This document shows positions 50,428-62,696 of a stretch of DNA of 64,000 nucleotides, piece by piece (the stretch's first letter is position 1; each line of letters starts with the position of its first letter). The notes below the pieces were generated by a model. The model ran no database searches, was not told the origin of the DNA, and saw only the letters and a list, made by a program, of their open reading frames with translations. The stretch is from Octopus sinensis (lineage: Eukaryota): positions 34,534,001 to 34,598,000 of the forward strand of contig NC_043012.1 of NCBI RefSeq assembly GCF_006345805.1, in the 5' to 3' direction. The position numbers were made by a program, and so were the translations under genes.

Positions 50428-50809
50428 TCTCTCTCTATATAAACGGCAGTTTGTCTGTGCGTGTTTCAGTGTGTCTGTTTTCTTGTACCCTCACCCTGAC
50501 CACGGCTTTCAACCGATTCTGATGAAACTTGACACACACATAGCCCAATGTCATAATTCAAAACTAACGCAGCGAAAATTTTGAAAAGTTCCCCCAGTTC
50601 TGAAAAAAATCGATAAATTCGACATGGGGTCGAGAATCAGAAACACAAACCGCAAACTGTCTAGGGGACGCAACTCCACCTTTTTTAACTAAAAAAAAAA
50701 TTACCATCATTTTTTTCCATCTTTTTGCTATTTTTTGGCTATAACTCTCTAAAAATGCTTTATAGTTATTTCCCTTACAAACCCGAGCAACGCCGGGCGA
50801 TACTGCTAG
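50428..50809 (+). mobile_element. Non-autonomous Helitron
   Basis: A^TC start, hairpin cccgagcaacgccggg, CTAG^T end; inverted near-identical copy of 41847-42219. Confidence 0.93.
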
Positions 50810-51489
50810 TATTCAATACGTTCGAGATTTTACCTCAAAGCGTAAAGGACTAACTGGAGATTTTTGGGCCTTGCACTTCTTTATAACACAATACACTATA
50901 ATACAGTGTACCATAGTATTGACAGTGAATGGCTGACACGGTAGACTGCTGGGTACAAATGATATTCATGTTGAATAAGGTTACTTAATGTTCTGAGTTC
51001 AAATACGGTCGGAGTTGACTCTTCTTTCCCTTCTAAAGAAAGAGAAAACGAAATAAGTAGCAGCTAATCACTACTGTCGATTTAATCGTTCGAATAGCTA
51101 TTGGTTTTGTGTCAATATTAGAAATCAATTAAATATAATGCAATGCAATTTCGTTGGCGGTGGTCATCTTCCATCAACAAAATAATCGTTTATAGACCAG
51201 CTGTGTAAATTAATAAAAACACAACAGTATCTTCTGTATGTCTGTGCAAATATATACGTATAAACACTCACATATATAATGTACAAATATATATGTTGGC
51301 CATTACCTCTTATTAAAGTACTTCACACCAGCTCACTAAATATTTTGGCATATTAACCATTCCTTATACTGAAAAACCCAACACTAATAAAACGGAAGGG
51401 CAGATAGTGAGAGATTTTTCGTTCTTTTTTTAAAATTTGTGTTTAATGTACTGTGACAACTTCGCAAACAGTAAAACGTTGGAATTATA

Positions 51490-51558
<69 letters not shown>

Positions 51559-52519
51559 CATACAGAGATGAGTGGATGTAACTGCATTTAGTTTCCACGC
51601 CATCATGTAGTGGAACCTAATATATAAAATTATTGAAGAATCGAAGTAAACAACCTGAAAGTATTTGCTATGCAGGTTTGATGTAGAAAATTGTTTGGAG
51701 AGTCTGAGAAATAATAACTAGTCAGTCTGGGGTAAGCAATTACATCAACAAACGTTCATCTCGCCACGGGTCTTCAGTTGTTTAATTTGCTTCGGCGGTT
51801 TGTTTATGAGGTAGATGATATTAAATTTCTTTCATAGAAAATTAGTTGGAAAGCAACTAATCACGGCGATATTTATATTTTGCAACTTGACACAAGTTCT
51901 GGTGTTAAGGCTGCCGTGAGATGTTATGCATATAAGCCTTCAATGGAAGTCTCTTATGAAACGATAAAACAAATATAGTTTCATATTTTCAATAATCTAT
52001 ACATTGCAATCAAAAGGAGATTGACATTTAACAGCGATTTATTTTCCTTGAAAACCTGCGAAGAACAATAAATTTATAAGATTAGAACAGCTAACACTCA
52101 GACTCATACATTATGATTCATGAATTACTTTTATGGTTAGGGTAGGAAAACTGGTTCCGCAAACAATTAAGGCGCGCTTAGATTGATTAATTGACTGATC
52201 CATCAACATATCAATATGCACGTGCTAATAGGTTAATAAATAAATAAATACATTTGTTTTGTTGATTCTCTTGATGTCGAAGCTGAGCTGTATTGGCTCT
52301 TACCTTTCCTTTGGGTGACATGAATGGCAATGGAAAGAAAGGGGACTTGCTGCATGGACAACTGTCGGCCTTTCACAAACCAAATTCGCATAATCATAGT
52401 CTTTGTTATGGCGTTAAAATGTGATTCATTATTCGTTTAAATATTCATTTTACATATTATACATAACTCTTATTAGAACTTTCTTTTTCTTGCTAATCTA
52501 TGATTGTGAATTTTATTTC

Positions 52520-53260
52520 ATTCAGGACGGGGGTTGATTTCTTCCTCGCATAACATTGGTTCTCCTTCATTACAAATTGGTTCCTTCATGGCGGAGAAAA
52601 TTTTTATAGGTTTCTTGTATACCTCTACTTTTGGGTCATTTTCCGGTGTTTTCCTTTTTTCATTTGTTGAGCATAAGTCTTCTTATCTCCCTTGACCTTA
52701 GTCTGGTCTCCATCCTCATAAGTGACTGGGTTAGTATTGTTATGAGGGGATACTTCCTGGTTGTTTGGTATTAGTTGTTATAGCTGTGGTTGATTTCCAG
52801 TTTTCATCTGTTGCCCCTGAGAGAGTGAGATTTTGACTCCTATGGCTCACACCTAGTTATGAGAATGAGGAAATTTCATTTCTTAACTCATGGGCCTGAT
52901 ATTACCCTCTACAGGACACTGTTCTAGTTTTGCTTTATAATCTCGTGGAGTTATGATGACCCGCACATCCTTAGTGGTCCCGCCCGAAAACATATCGCTA
53001 AATGTTAGATCTGTACTGACCATCTGCTATATCGTACTATGAAGTTAACAAGTCAGGAGTCAAAATCATCATCGATGTCCCCCACCGTGATCTTTGTGTT
53101 CCTCCTTCCAAGATTATAGGTACCTGTATCGCGCACTATTTATACTTGGGCTTCGACCTGTTTAAAGACGACATATTGCTACGCGTTCTTTTCTCCCATT
53201 CAGGGATATTTCACTTAAAATATCTGCCAGGGATGATTTCACTTCTTGTTAAGATAGAAG
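52520..53260 (-). pseudogene. Possible decayed LINE ORF1-like region
   Basis: Purine-rich, coding-like minus strand with the segment VPIILGRRNTKITVGDID; the assignment is weak inference. Confidence 0.3.
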
Positions 53261-53425
53261 AAGGTAATTTGTTGAGTGTGTGGTAGAAATGGAATTTGTG
53301 GTTATAATAATAATTGTAATAATCTGTTTAGATACTATTCGTAATCTGTTTAGTGCTATTGGTAATATGCATTCTAGTACAACCTGATTCACGGTTTGAC
53401 CGTTGGCGACTAAACCGGACAGTCG

Positions 53426-53538
53426 TATTTCTTTAATGCTCACAAGGGGCTAAACACAGAGAGGACAAACAAGGACAGACAGACTAAGTCGATTATATCG
53501 ACCCCAGTGCGTAACTGGTACTTATTTAATCGACCCCG
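53426..53538 (-). mobile_element. Family A SINE, 5'-truncated
   Basis: 3' half of the consensus; TSD gaca(g/a)tcgta on both sides. Confidence 0.9.
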
Positions 53539-53699
53539 ACAATCGTACCAAGCGCTTGCCTGGTAAGGAGGGTGGATTTTGTTGGACACCCTGTAGGACG
53601 AAAAACGAAACTTGTTAAAAGGTAGATAATCTCACTAGAATCAACAGCCATCCAAATAATAATATGATGATGATGAAATATACACCTATTGAGCACTCT

Positions 53700-55110
53700 A
53701 AGTAGATTTTCGTGCATAAGAGAAAGTGAGTAACTTGCTGTTTATGGGTTATTTAAAACCTTAAAGCAAAGATTAGAATTCAATGGATTCCCTACTGCAA
53801 ACTATAAGAATATTTAATAGTGACATTGGGCTGACATTCGAAATCGTGAAATGGGCTATGATGGAGGTGAAATGGAAGATCTCCCTGATGGGGAAACAAT
53901 AAAATCATGAAATATCGAAGAATACTGGAAAGGGATAATGTCAAAAGTATAAAAACGGAAAAGTCCTCAGTAAAGAATACTTTGGTTGAAGGAATATTTT
54001 AAAACAGAAATGTAATGCGGGAAATGTCATACAAATAATCAAGTTGAGGGAAAATTCGAGCGAGAGAAGAGTGATGTATAAATATGAACAGAAAGACGAA
54101 GGGTCTCACAATGCAAAGAAGCAAGCACCCTAATCAGATGCGGACGGGTTTATAGTGGAAAAGAGCAGATGTAGGAGGAGGATTAATCAGTGTCGAAGAG
54201 ATAATGGAACAAACGTAAACATTACTAGGCTTCTGTTTTTAAAATATAGACTCCTTAAGGAGGTAATATGATAAGGACTATTTACAATATTTGTGGTAAT
54301 CAAAAGAAGACAGTGATATGTGTAAAAAAAGGTAAATTAAACATTGATGAAAATAAACTTTATTTAGTGTTTTTCAAAAAGAAAGGAGATAAAGGATAAG
54401 TATAGCTGATTTGGGCTAAAACAACTAAAAAAAGAACTATTGAAGGAAGAAACAGGAGCAAGTGATTTTATTACTACAGGAGCAGGTCTTAAGGGTGAAT
54501 TAGATCAAGAGAGTGATAGGTCTGCAGGATTCTTTACTAAATGTAGAATTCATAATGAATCAGTTATAGCTATTATTAACATCGAATCAGAATGTTCACT
54601 GTTAACTCAAACTGAAGACAAAAATTATAGGTGTGATTAGATTGCAGCTATACTTCCCTAAAAATTTTGCGAGAAATTCAATTTTGCATGCACAGGATAG
54701 AGCTATAGTCATTTGGGGGGGGGGGATAAAAAAATGATCATCCTCAAAACGATGAAGTGAGAGTGTTATGGAACTTTCATATACAAGCTGAATGAAAAGT
54801 AGAACACAATAAGCCAGATATTGTCGATGTTGATAAGAAGAAGAAACCATGTATTGTAAACGATGCGGTTCGCGCAATTGGTACGGGAGTCAAGAAAAAG
54901 GAAAAAGAAAAGCTGAGTATTTTACTGACTTGATGCATGAATTTTTTCAATTGCTGGAGCAATGAAATTAACAAGGTTATGATCTTGCTAATTATCATTA
55001 GAGCTTTGGCAACTGAGACAAAGAATTTGAGCGCAAACCTTTGAAACTGAGGCGTTAATCAATGAGTGGAACCAATGCAATAAAGTCTGTTATTTCAGCA
55101 AGAATTGCCT
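53700..55110 (+). pseudogene. Decayed R4/Dong-like retrotransposon, 3' ~1.4 kb
   Basis: Motifs in order across frameshifts: DIGLTF.IVK.A..LPDGETIK, HP..D.D.....GGGLISVEE, LKEET, WNFHIQAE.KVEHNKPDIVDVDKKKKPCIVND, KEKEKL, IIIRALAT. Confidence 0.78.
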
Positions 55111-55329
55111 GGAAAATATCGATACAAAAGAACATAAGGAACGAACTGTTATAGAGAAAGTAAAAAAGAAAAAAGAAATCTTTTCATACTGGACAACGAA
55201 TTTGGGTTTAAAAGAATTTTAATTAAACTGGTTACAGCTCCAGAACCATATTACTGACTTATAATAACAAGAATAACTATTTTATATTTTATAGTATGAC
55301 AAACTACTATAAAACATATAAATTGAATA

Positions 55330-55368
<39 letters not shown>

Positions 55369-56874
55369 AAGAAAGAGAGAGAGAGAGAAACAGAAGTTAT
55401 TGACATTATAGAGCTCATGTGAGGCTCACTGTGAAGGACTGTTCCAATATTTGGAACAAGACTGTTGCTGCTGCGGCAGGCACGGAGATCTTAAAGCATG
55501 TCCCCCAAATAGTTCCAACGCTGCATGGCATAAAATTATTCACTGATATGCTCCAACCTCTTTATTCTGGTTTCTGTTTGTGTCGTTACTTTAATTGTCT
55601 GAGCTCATACCAGATTCACTCGGGACTTTCGGATCCGCTTGTCTCTCCTCCTCTCCTTTTACCCCCGATCAAGTTCTGCCCGAAGTGCTGCCCCAATTCT
55701 TCCTTCCCAGAAGATCAACCTTTAGATCTCTCTTCGCTCATGTCTTTTTTTAAATGATCCAAGAACATCAACGTCATTAATCTCAACGGCCCCGCGCAGG
55801 CCATGGGCCCTGTCCCGCCTTCTTCCCCAGAAAGTAATAAAACAAAAAAATTTAAATAACAAATCATAGTTCACCTGTGGTGAAATTCTTTCAGTTTTAA
55901 CATGCAATTTCAGATGAAGTCATTTTGTCCTAAAGCACAACTCCAAAATAAATAAATGCACAAGGAACGTAAATAATTGAAATATTTATTATTCGGTTTT
56001 TATATTGCTTTAATTCTATGTCAGTGTTTTTCTCAGAGAGCATCCATCCACACACACAAAAAAAACCCCCACAGTAAATATATAAAATAAAAATAATAAG
56101 AGAGACAAAAATGCAGTAAAAAAGTTCAATCATTAATAGATGAAATTGACCGGAAAGAGGGAGTGGTAGACTTGGATAATTATACTCCAAATAATCTTTG
56201 TTTTTTATTGAGCAAAAATAACGAGCGGTTATAAAAACGAATATAAGATCCCAAGAAAGTAGTTACGGTTTGTGTCGGCAATTAGTTAGCCTGACTGTTA
56301 ATTCTTACAATTTGTATTTGTCGTAGTTTTGTGAAAGTTGAAACTTTATGGTGTCTTTAAACGCTAACTTCCCTTTATCTTCCACATTGTTATTATTCAA
56401 TATGGACATTTGAAATAAATAGCTACAGAATAAGACAGCTAAACGGAATTTCGAAAATCCAGTTTAATTTCTGACCCTTCATATAATCGGAAAATTAGTG
56501 AGCATAAAATCTTATGCTCTAATTGATTTCTGTTTATTTTATAATAGATTTTAATCATTAGTAGCTATTAATTATGGTGCCAGCAGTTCCTTTCGTTTTT
56601 CTGAATAGATCTAGATATAGTCTACATTACTTTGGATATTAGGCGAGAAATAGTGTGATTTTAATGCAGGGGTCGGATCGAGTATTAATGCCGGATAGCG
56701 GGCCGGATGAAGGCCATAAAAGAATAATTATGGAAAATTACACAAGCTAAATTTTAAACACGAGTGTATTAACCACAGATGAATGTAGTAATGGGAAAAA
56801 TATCATTTATTCAATCTAAGACTTCGTTGGAATCATTTGTTTAAAAAATCTTAAAAATACATACCAGCCAAAGA

Positions 56875-57890
56875 TTAATGGGAAACTTCATGTTTTTTGT
56901 TCCTTGAAAGTTTCTCAACATTAGGCTTCAAACTTGGTGCCAAGAGTAAGAACTTGGTGTCAAGATGTATATCAGTTAATCTTGTTCTCAAATTGTTTTT
57001 AGTTTGCTTCGATTTAGAAACTAATTGCTCACACTGATAAGTGCTTCCAAACAAAGGTGCCATCTTTTTTGCATGATTCACTAAGTTGCTATACTTCCCA
57101 CTTGGAAAAATATATTTTTGCATAGAAGTCAATCAATGAAACAGTTTTAGAACGACACTTAGATCTCAATAAGTCGTCACACCACATATCAATCAATTCC
57201 ATTTGAAAACATTCTGATACCTATTTCTTTACTAACCACAAGGGGCTAAACACAGAGAAAACAAACAAGGACAGACAAACGGATTAAGTGGATTACATCG
57301 ACCCCAGTGCGTAACTGGTACTTAATTTATCGACCCCGAAAGGATGAAAGGCAAAGTCGACCTCGGCGGAATTTGAACTCAGAACGTAACGGCAGACGAA
57401 ATACCGCTAAGCATTTCGTCCGGCGTGCTAACGTTTCTGCCAGCTCGCCGACTTAAAACATTCTGATACCGTCTCCATCTCCACACCAAATGGTGTAGCA
57501 AACAATTTAAACTGGTTTGCATGCAGACTGAAGTCAGCCAAACGTGATGCAAATTCATTTCTCAAATCTTGGATTATATTCACAAATAGCTCTGAATCCT
57601 GGAGTTTCCTTCCTTGAGATGATGGAAAATGCACATAATTTTTATAACCAAATTGGTGTTCCCACAACTGCAGCTTTTTTCAATGGCAACTGTATGGTTA
57701 TACATTTCATTTACGAGCTGAAATTTATCTGGAAGTTGTAAACTTAAGTCACATTCTCCACAGAAAATGTCAAAGTTGCAAGCCAATCAGGATCTCGAAA
57801 ATGTGAACTATACTCACGTCTGCTTTCGAGAAATATCACCACCTCTTTGTGTAAGGCAAGTACTCTCTTTAGCATTGATCCTCGCACTGT
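56875..57890 (-). pseudogene. hAT transposase pseudogene (GTF2IRD2/SPIN-like C-terminal half with dimerisation domain)
   Basis: RGSMLKRVLALHKEVVIFL...FRDPDWLATLTF; HFP; LRNEFASRLADF...LFATPF...F/QMELID; KYSNL..HAKKMAPLFGSTYQCEQLVS...KNNLRTRLTD.HL...KKHEVSH*. Confidence 0.9.
57218..57454 (-). mobile_element. Family A SINE, full length, inserted in the hAT transposase
   Basis: Exact 16-bp TSD aaaacattctgatacc at 57206-57221 and 57455-57470. Confidence 0.96.
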
Positions 57891-58006
57891 AGATTTCAAT
57901 ACAAAAACCAGGGCGAGGTCACATATACTGGTGTTCACTAGCTGTTAATTCTCGTTAGATGAAGTCTTAAAGCAGGATCTATTTTCAGAAAGTGGTATCA
58001 TCTTAA

Positions 58007-58147
58007 GGCGGCGAGCTGGCAGAAACGTTAGCACGTCGGACGAAATGCTTAGCGGTATTTCGTCTGTCGTTATGTTGTGAGTTCAAATTCCGCCGAGGTC
58101 AACTTTTCCTTTCATCCTTTCGGGGTCGGTAAATTAAGTACCAGTTA
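58007..58147 (+). mobile_element. Family A SINE, 3' part missing
   Basis: Consensus match up to aaattaagtaccagtta; preceded by ggtatcatctt. Confidence 0.9.
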
Positions 58148-58439
58148 AGCTGATATATGTCTACCTCATAAAAAAAGGGGTTCAATATGCCCTCGAAAGA
58201 CGAAGAGAAGCCCTGGCCAATATATCGAAGTACCTCGTTTCCATTGACTAGAACAAACCATTCGTATCTGACTGATCTTTCATACTAAGTGTAGCGCAAA
58301 ATGCCAAGCAGAGATAGTGAACGCCCATAGATTTGTCACATTTGTAGATCAATGTGTGCGGAAGAAATGCAGACGTGATGAAAAATATGTGCCCAGGGGA
58401 GGTCAATATGGTTTTCCTAGTCTTTATCACTCCTCAAGA

Positions 58440-59232
58440 TGACAGCTATGCCTCACCACGAGCGCCGCAATGAAGGCAGTCTGATCGACAGTGCAGAGTA
58501 AAAAGCACAGCTGTAAACTTGTGGAAGCAAGAGTCATTTGAGAGCTTTTTATGCTGCAAAGAGAGAAAGACAGAAAGGGAGTAACTGGTGACCAGCTGAA
58601 GAGTCAGCAACAACGACTGTGTGTTTCGGATGATGCCGTTCGAACAGCACTGTCTATGGAAGTGCTGGGAATGCCACAAGAGATCACTTCGAGCTTAGTT
58701 CTTGAAGAGAACAGTGCAGAAGGTCTAATATCTCTCCACTTGCGAGGATGGGGAGTAGATGGTGGCTGAAGAGGAATGCAAATCGTTGCAGCACACAGTT
58801 TGTGTGTGGCATGAGAGCGAGTTGTAACAGTCATGAGACAGTATACCGAGTGGCCAGATTCCAAAAGTCACAAGAATACTGGGACCGGTACATTGCTGCG
58901 CAAAGTGACTGTTTCGGAGGAGATGCTGTTAAAATTTGAATAAAGTTACTTTTTTTTGTTATTAAACATAAGTCAGGGAACTGTTTGATACCTATTTCTT
59001 TACTGCCCACAAGGGGCTAAACACAGAGAAGACAAACAAGGACAGACAAACGGATTAAGTCGATTACATCGACCCCAGTGCGTAACTGGTACTTAATTTA
59101 TCGATCCCGAAAGGATGAAAGGCAAAGTCGACCTCGGCGGAATTTGAACCCAGAACGTAGCGGCAGACGAAATACCGCCAAGCATTTCATCCGGCGTGCT
59201 AACGTTTCTGCCAGCTCGCCGATACCACCTCG
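58440..59232 (+). mobile_element. Decayed, internally deleted mariner; right TIR split by a SINE
   Basis: C-terminus FQKSQEYWDRYIAAQSDCFGGD (cf. FQxWxxRWxxCIxxxGDYFEGD). Removing the SINE restores tcagggaactgtttgataccacctcg|TA, the reverse complement of a TA|CGAGGTGGTATCAAA mariner-type TIR. Left boundary uncertain. Confidence 0.65.
58988..59220 (-). mobile_element. Family A SINE, full length
   Basis: Consensus match; TSD gatacc at 58987-58992 and 59221-59226. Confidence 0.93.
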
Positions 59233-60196
59233 TAGATGTCAATGTTATACAAATTTACAAATTTCACATGTTTACTTTAGTTAGTCAAGATTTGTTATCC
59301 TATCAATTGTATAGTATTGCATTCAAATAAACGGACACTGAAAGTTCCACAAATAAAACAAACAACGAAAGCATTTCAATATAGCTTTGATTGTCTTTGT
59401 TAAACACACACGCACGTGTGTGCTAGAAAGAAAACCAAAGCAATATTGAAATGGCTTTCGCCTTTTGTTTTATTGGTGGAATTTTCAGTTGGATAAGGAT
59501 AAATTATCGAGGCGGGTACCATATGACCTCTGTTATAATCCGGTTTCTGGCTAACCGCATCAACTTGTAAGGAGCACCCAGGATTACTTAAAGTGAGCAA
59601 TCCCATTCTAATTCATACATTGGGTAAATCCTGGGTTGGTTTCGCTGGATTATAGATATCTGTGTGGATATCCAAGACAATTACAACGAATACGGAGATT
59701 AGTTCATCTGCTTATTTTTATTTCTGCAGTTAATTATACAGCATATTTAGTTTAAATCCTGCTGCATAGAAAACTTGTAATTGCATTTGTATCCAGCTAT
59801 TTTCGACTGCTAATATGTACCTTAGTTTCGTTAATAAGTGTTTCTATATTTGCAAGCTGACATAGACATTCTCTTGATTCTCCCATCATTTACCTTGCGC
59901 AATATCAAAGATGTAACACATTGAGGGAGGAAGAACTGTATCAGCCCCAGGCTGGTACACGTTTTCAACAGAGTAGACCTGAGGAGTGGCAAATGATGTG
60001 CCTTGCTCAAAGATGCAACGCGTTGTCCATTCTAGAAATCAAACCTTAATGAGCGTGGTGTCAGGACACAAACCATTACGCTACGAGACTTCAACCACGT
60101 ACACAAACACGTGCGCGCGCACACATGCTTATACCTGTGCTTTTACATGCATCACATTCATATATATTATACGTACATGCACTAATATATATATAT

Positions 60197-60405
60197 ACTC
60201 TTACTCTCTCTCTTTTACTCTTACTTGTTTCAGTCATTTTGACTGTGGCCATGCTGGAGCACCGCCTTTTAGTCGAGCAAATCGACCCCAGGATTGATTC
60301 TTTGGAAGCCTAGTACTTATTCTATCAGTCTCTTTTGCCGAACAGCTAAGTTACGGTTGTCAAGCGATGTTGGGGGAACAAACATACACACACACACACA
60401 CCACA

Positions 60406-60466
<61 letters not shown>

Positions 60467-60638
60467 AATATATACGACGGGCTTCTTTCAGTTTCCGTCT
60501 ACCAAATCCACTCACAAGGCTTTGGTCGGCCCGAGGCTATAGTAGAAGACACTTGCCCAAGGTGCCACGTTCTGGGACTGAACTCGGAACCATGTGGTTG
60601 GTAAGCAAGCTACTTACCACACAGCTACTCCAACGCCT
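60197..60638 (-). mobile_element. CORE-type tRNA SINE (family D), near full length, with internal microsatellite
   Basis: Minus strand: A box tagctgtgtgg, B box gagttcagtccc, CORE-like caccttgggcaagtgtctt, internal (TA)(TG)n, 3' gagta(a)-repeat tail. Resembles described octopus tRNA SINEs (from recall, not searched). Confidence 0.88.
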
Positions 60639-61586
60639 ATATATGTATATTTGTAAAGGAAGTATTCCAAAATGCGTAAAGCAATGAAAATGGACTGAAT
60701 AATGGGCTCAGTACATATCTATTTTGTTGTATTTAGGAATGGTCATTTTGCCAATTTAGCCAATAAAAACACACGCAATATATATTTGGTGTTACTTTAA
60801 TCTTAATCTTATTTCTATTTATTTGGGATTTAATTTTAATACATACATATGTACAAACGTGTATATAAGAAATATTGAAAAGCTCTTCTTTTTCGCACGC
60901 TTCATTAAATTGGGAAAAGCTATTCTTTTATGCACGACCATATTCAACTTCTATCTTTTATATTTTTAGACTGTATTTTTATCAACCTCTTACAGTTTAT
61001 TGGAGACAGTAAAGTTCTGTATTATATTCGACGTTTCCAAGGCTTGAGAATCTCATTTCCAAGAATTCAATGTGTTTGGCGTCTGTGTTGTTTCATATAA
61101 GCTGGTTGGATTTATGTAGGCTTTCCCCGCCAGCGATTTTCGACCGTTAGATATTTATGTTAATTTTTTAAAGTGTTTTGCTTGCCTGTTGATTTTGGTA
61201 TTGTTCTGCAATGAATATGGCTCTCATAATTAATCTTCTGTTTTAAGAAGATTAAAGAATATTTTGACATCTGTTGTTTATTATTAATCCTAAATAAATA
61301 TGAAGCTGTATCCTTTAATTTTCTACTTTTTTATTCACAAACCAAGAAGATATGTTGCGAGACAGTCGTTATTTTAAAGACATACATCTTGTAATCACTT
61401 AAGAGACACGTCTACACTGTCGGATACTCCTAAGCTAGTTAAGTATGCCATAGATGCTAGAGAGATCAAAACAAGTGCAGTGATTAATAAACATTCTCGT
61501 ATCTTCCATCTTCCGTCTCTTTCATTATATATATATATATAAAATGAAAGAGACGTATGAGTATATGTGCGCACACACCTACACAC

Positions 61587-61618
<32 letters not shown>

Positions 61619-61633
61619 TATATATATATGTAT

Positions 61634-61701
<68 letters not shown>

Positions 61702-61925
61702 CAATAGGGTTATAAGAAATTATTATTACTAGCGGCCTAGCACAAAAACGAATTAGTCGTTAGTCATTAGAGTATAACTGGTCTCAGCGAATATTTTTGG
61801 GCTGAAAATAGTTAGAAACCATTGTCTGGGAAATAATTGAGATGGTAAACGTTTTTAATTTTCATTCCTTTCGAGAACTTATCCTTTATTGGTTGTTTGA
61901 GTTGCATTTCTGTATTTCTCACTCA

Positions 61926-61971
<46 letters not shown>

Positions 61972-62509
61972 TTAGATGAAACACGGAAAATTTGACATAA
62001 ATGAAACTTTTAGAGGGCAATCAATTTTAATCTAAGTGTTCCAGCCAGTTGTTCTTTTTCAAAATGTTTTCTTTCTGGTTCTTCATATCTTACGTAACCT
62101 TTTGGTTTCTGGATAAAAGGATATCGCAGGCGTTTTTCATAAGTATAGTGTATGTGTCATTCCAAGACAAACAACAATGTTATTTATGTGAAAATTGTTT
62201 CAATCAGAAACCCACTTCTCTTTAAAATCCTAGGTTTTCATCTTTGAGAATCCACACGTCACCTCTAAATAACCTGGACTTACTAATTTATTTTTGCCAC
62301 CATAAAACATTTATTGAATTAATCATTGCAGTAGTCCATCGTTGTCTTCTCTTCTTCCTCCTCTTTTCGCATTCATCCCTCTTCACCTGCTTCCCTCCTT
62401 CTCCCCTTCATCGTTATCATTATCATCTTACAATTAGTTGTCTATCAACCGCCCACTTCCGTCTCCCTCAATTTCTTCATCACGAACATCGTCGACCACA
62501 CCAACACAA

Positions 62510-62555
62510 CATCACCACCACCACCACCACCACCACCCTCCACCACCACCACACC

Positions 62556-62588
<33 letters not shown>

Positions 62589-62643
62589 TTCTTTGTTGTT
62601 TATTGACATTATCAACAGAATAATAATAATAATAATGATGATG

Positions 62644-62679
<36 letters not shown>

Positions 62680-62696
62680 TAATAATAATAATAATT
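62510..62696. repeat. (CCA)n/(CAT)n/(TAA)n trinucleotide microsatellites
   Basis: Directly visible; source of the poly-His/Thr pseudo-ORFs. Confidence 0.95.

Larger units (their letters stand above)
56667..57900 (-). mobile_element. hAT (Charlie/SPIN-type) transposon 3' portion, decayed
   Basis: Terminus caggggtc...gcgggccggat typical of Charlie-type ends; transposase relic inside; interrupted by a family-A SINE. Confidence 0.8.

Noticed and set aside
51805-51840. let-7 family miRNA (tgaggtag)
   Set aside because: Only 8 nt match the mature let-7, and the local hairpin is ~35 nt, too short for a pre-miRNA.
56875-57938. Host GTF2IRD2/ZBED/EPM2AIP1-like gene
   Set aside because: Multiple frameshifts, a SINE insertion within the reading frame and a transposon-type terminus nearby.
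62438-62623. Poly-His/Pro transcription-factor exon
   Set aside because: (CCA)n/(CAT)n microsatellite adjoining (TAA)n; no flanking domain or convincing splice context.
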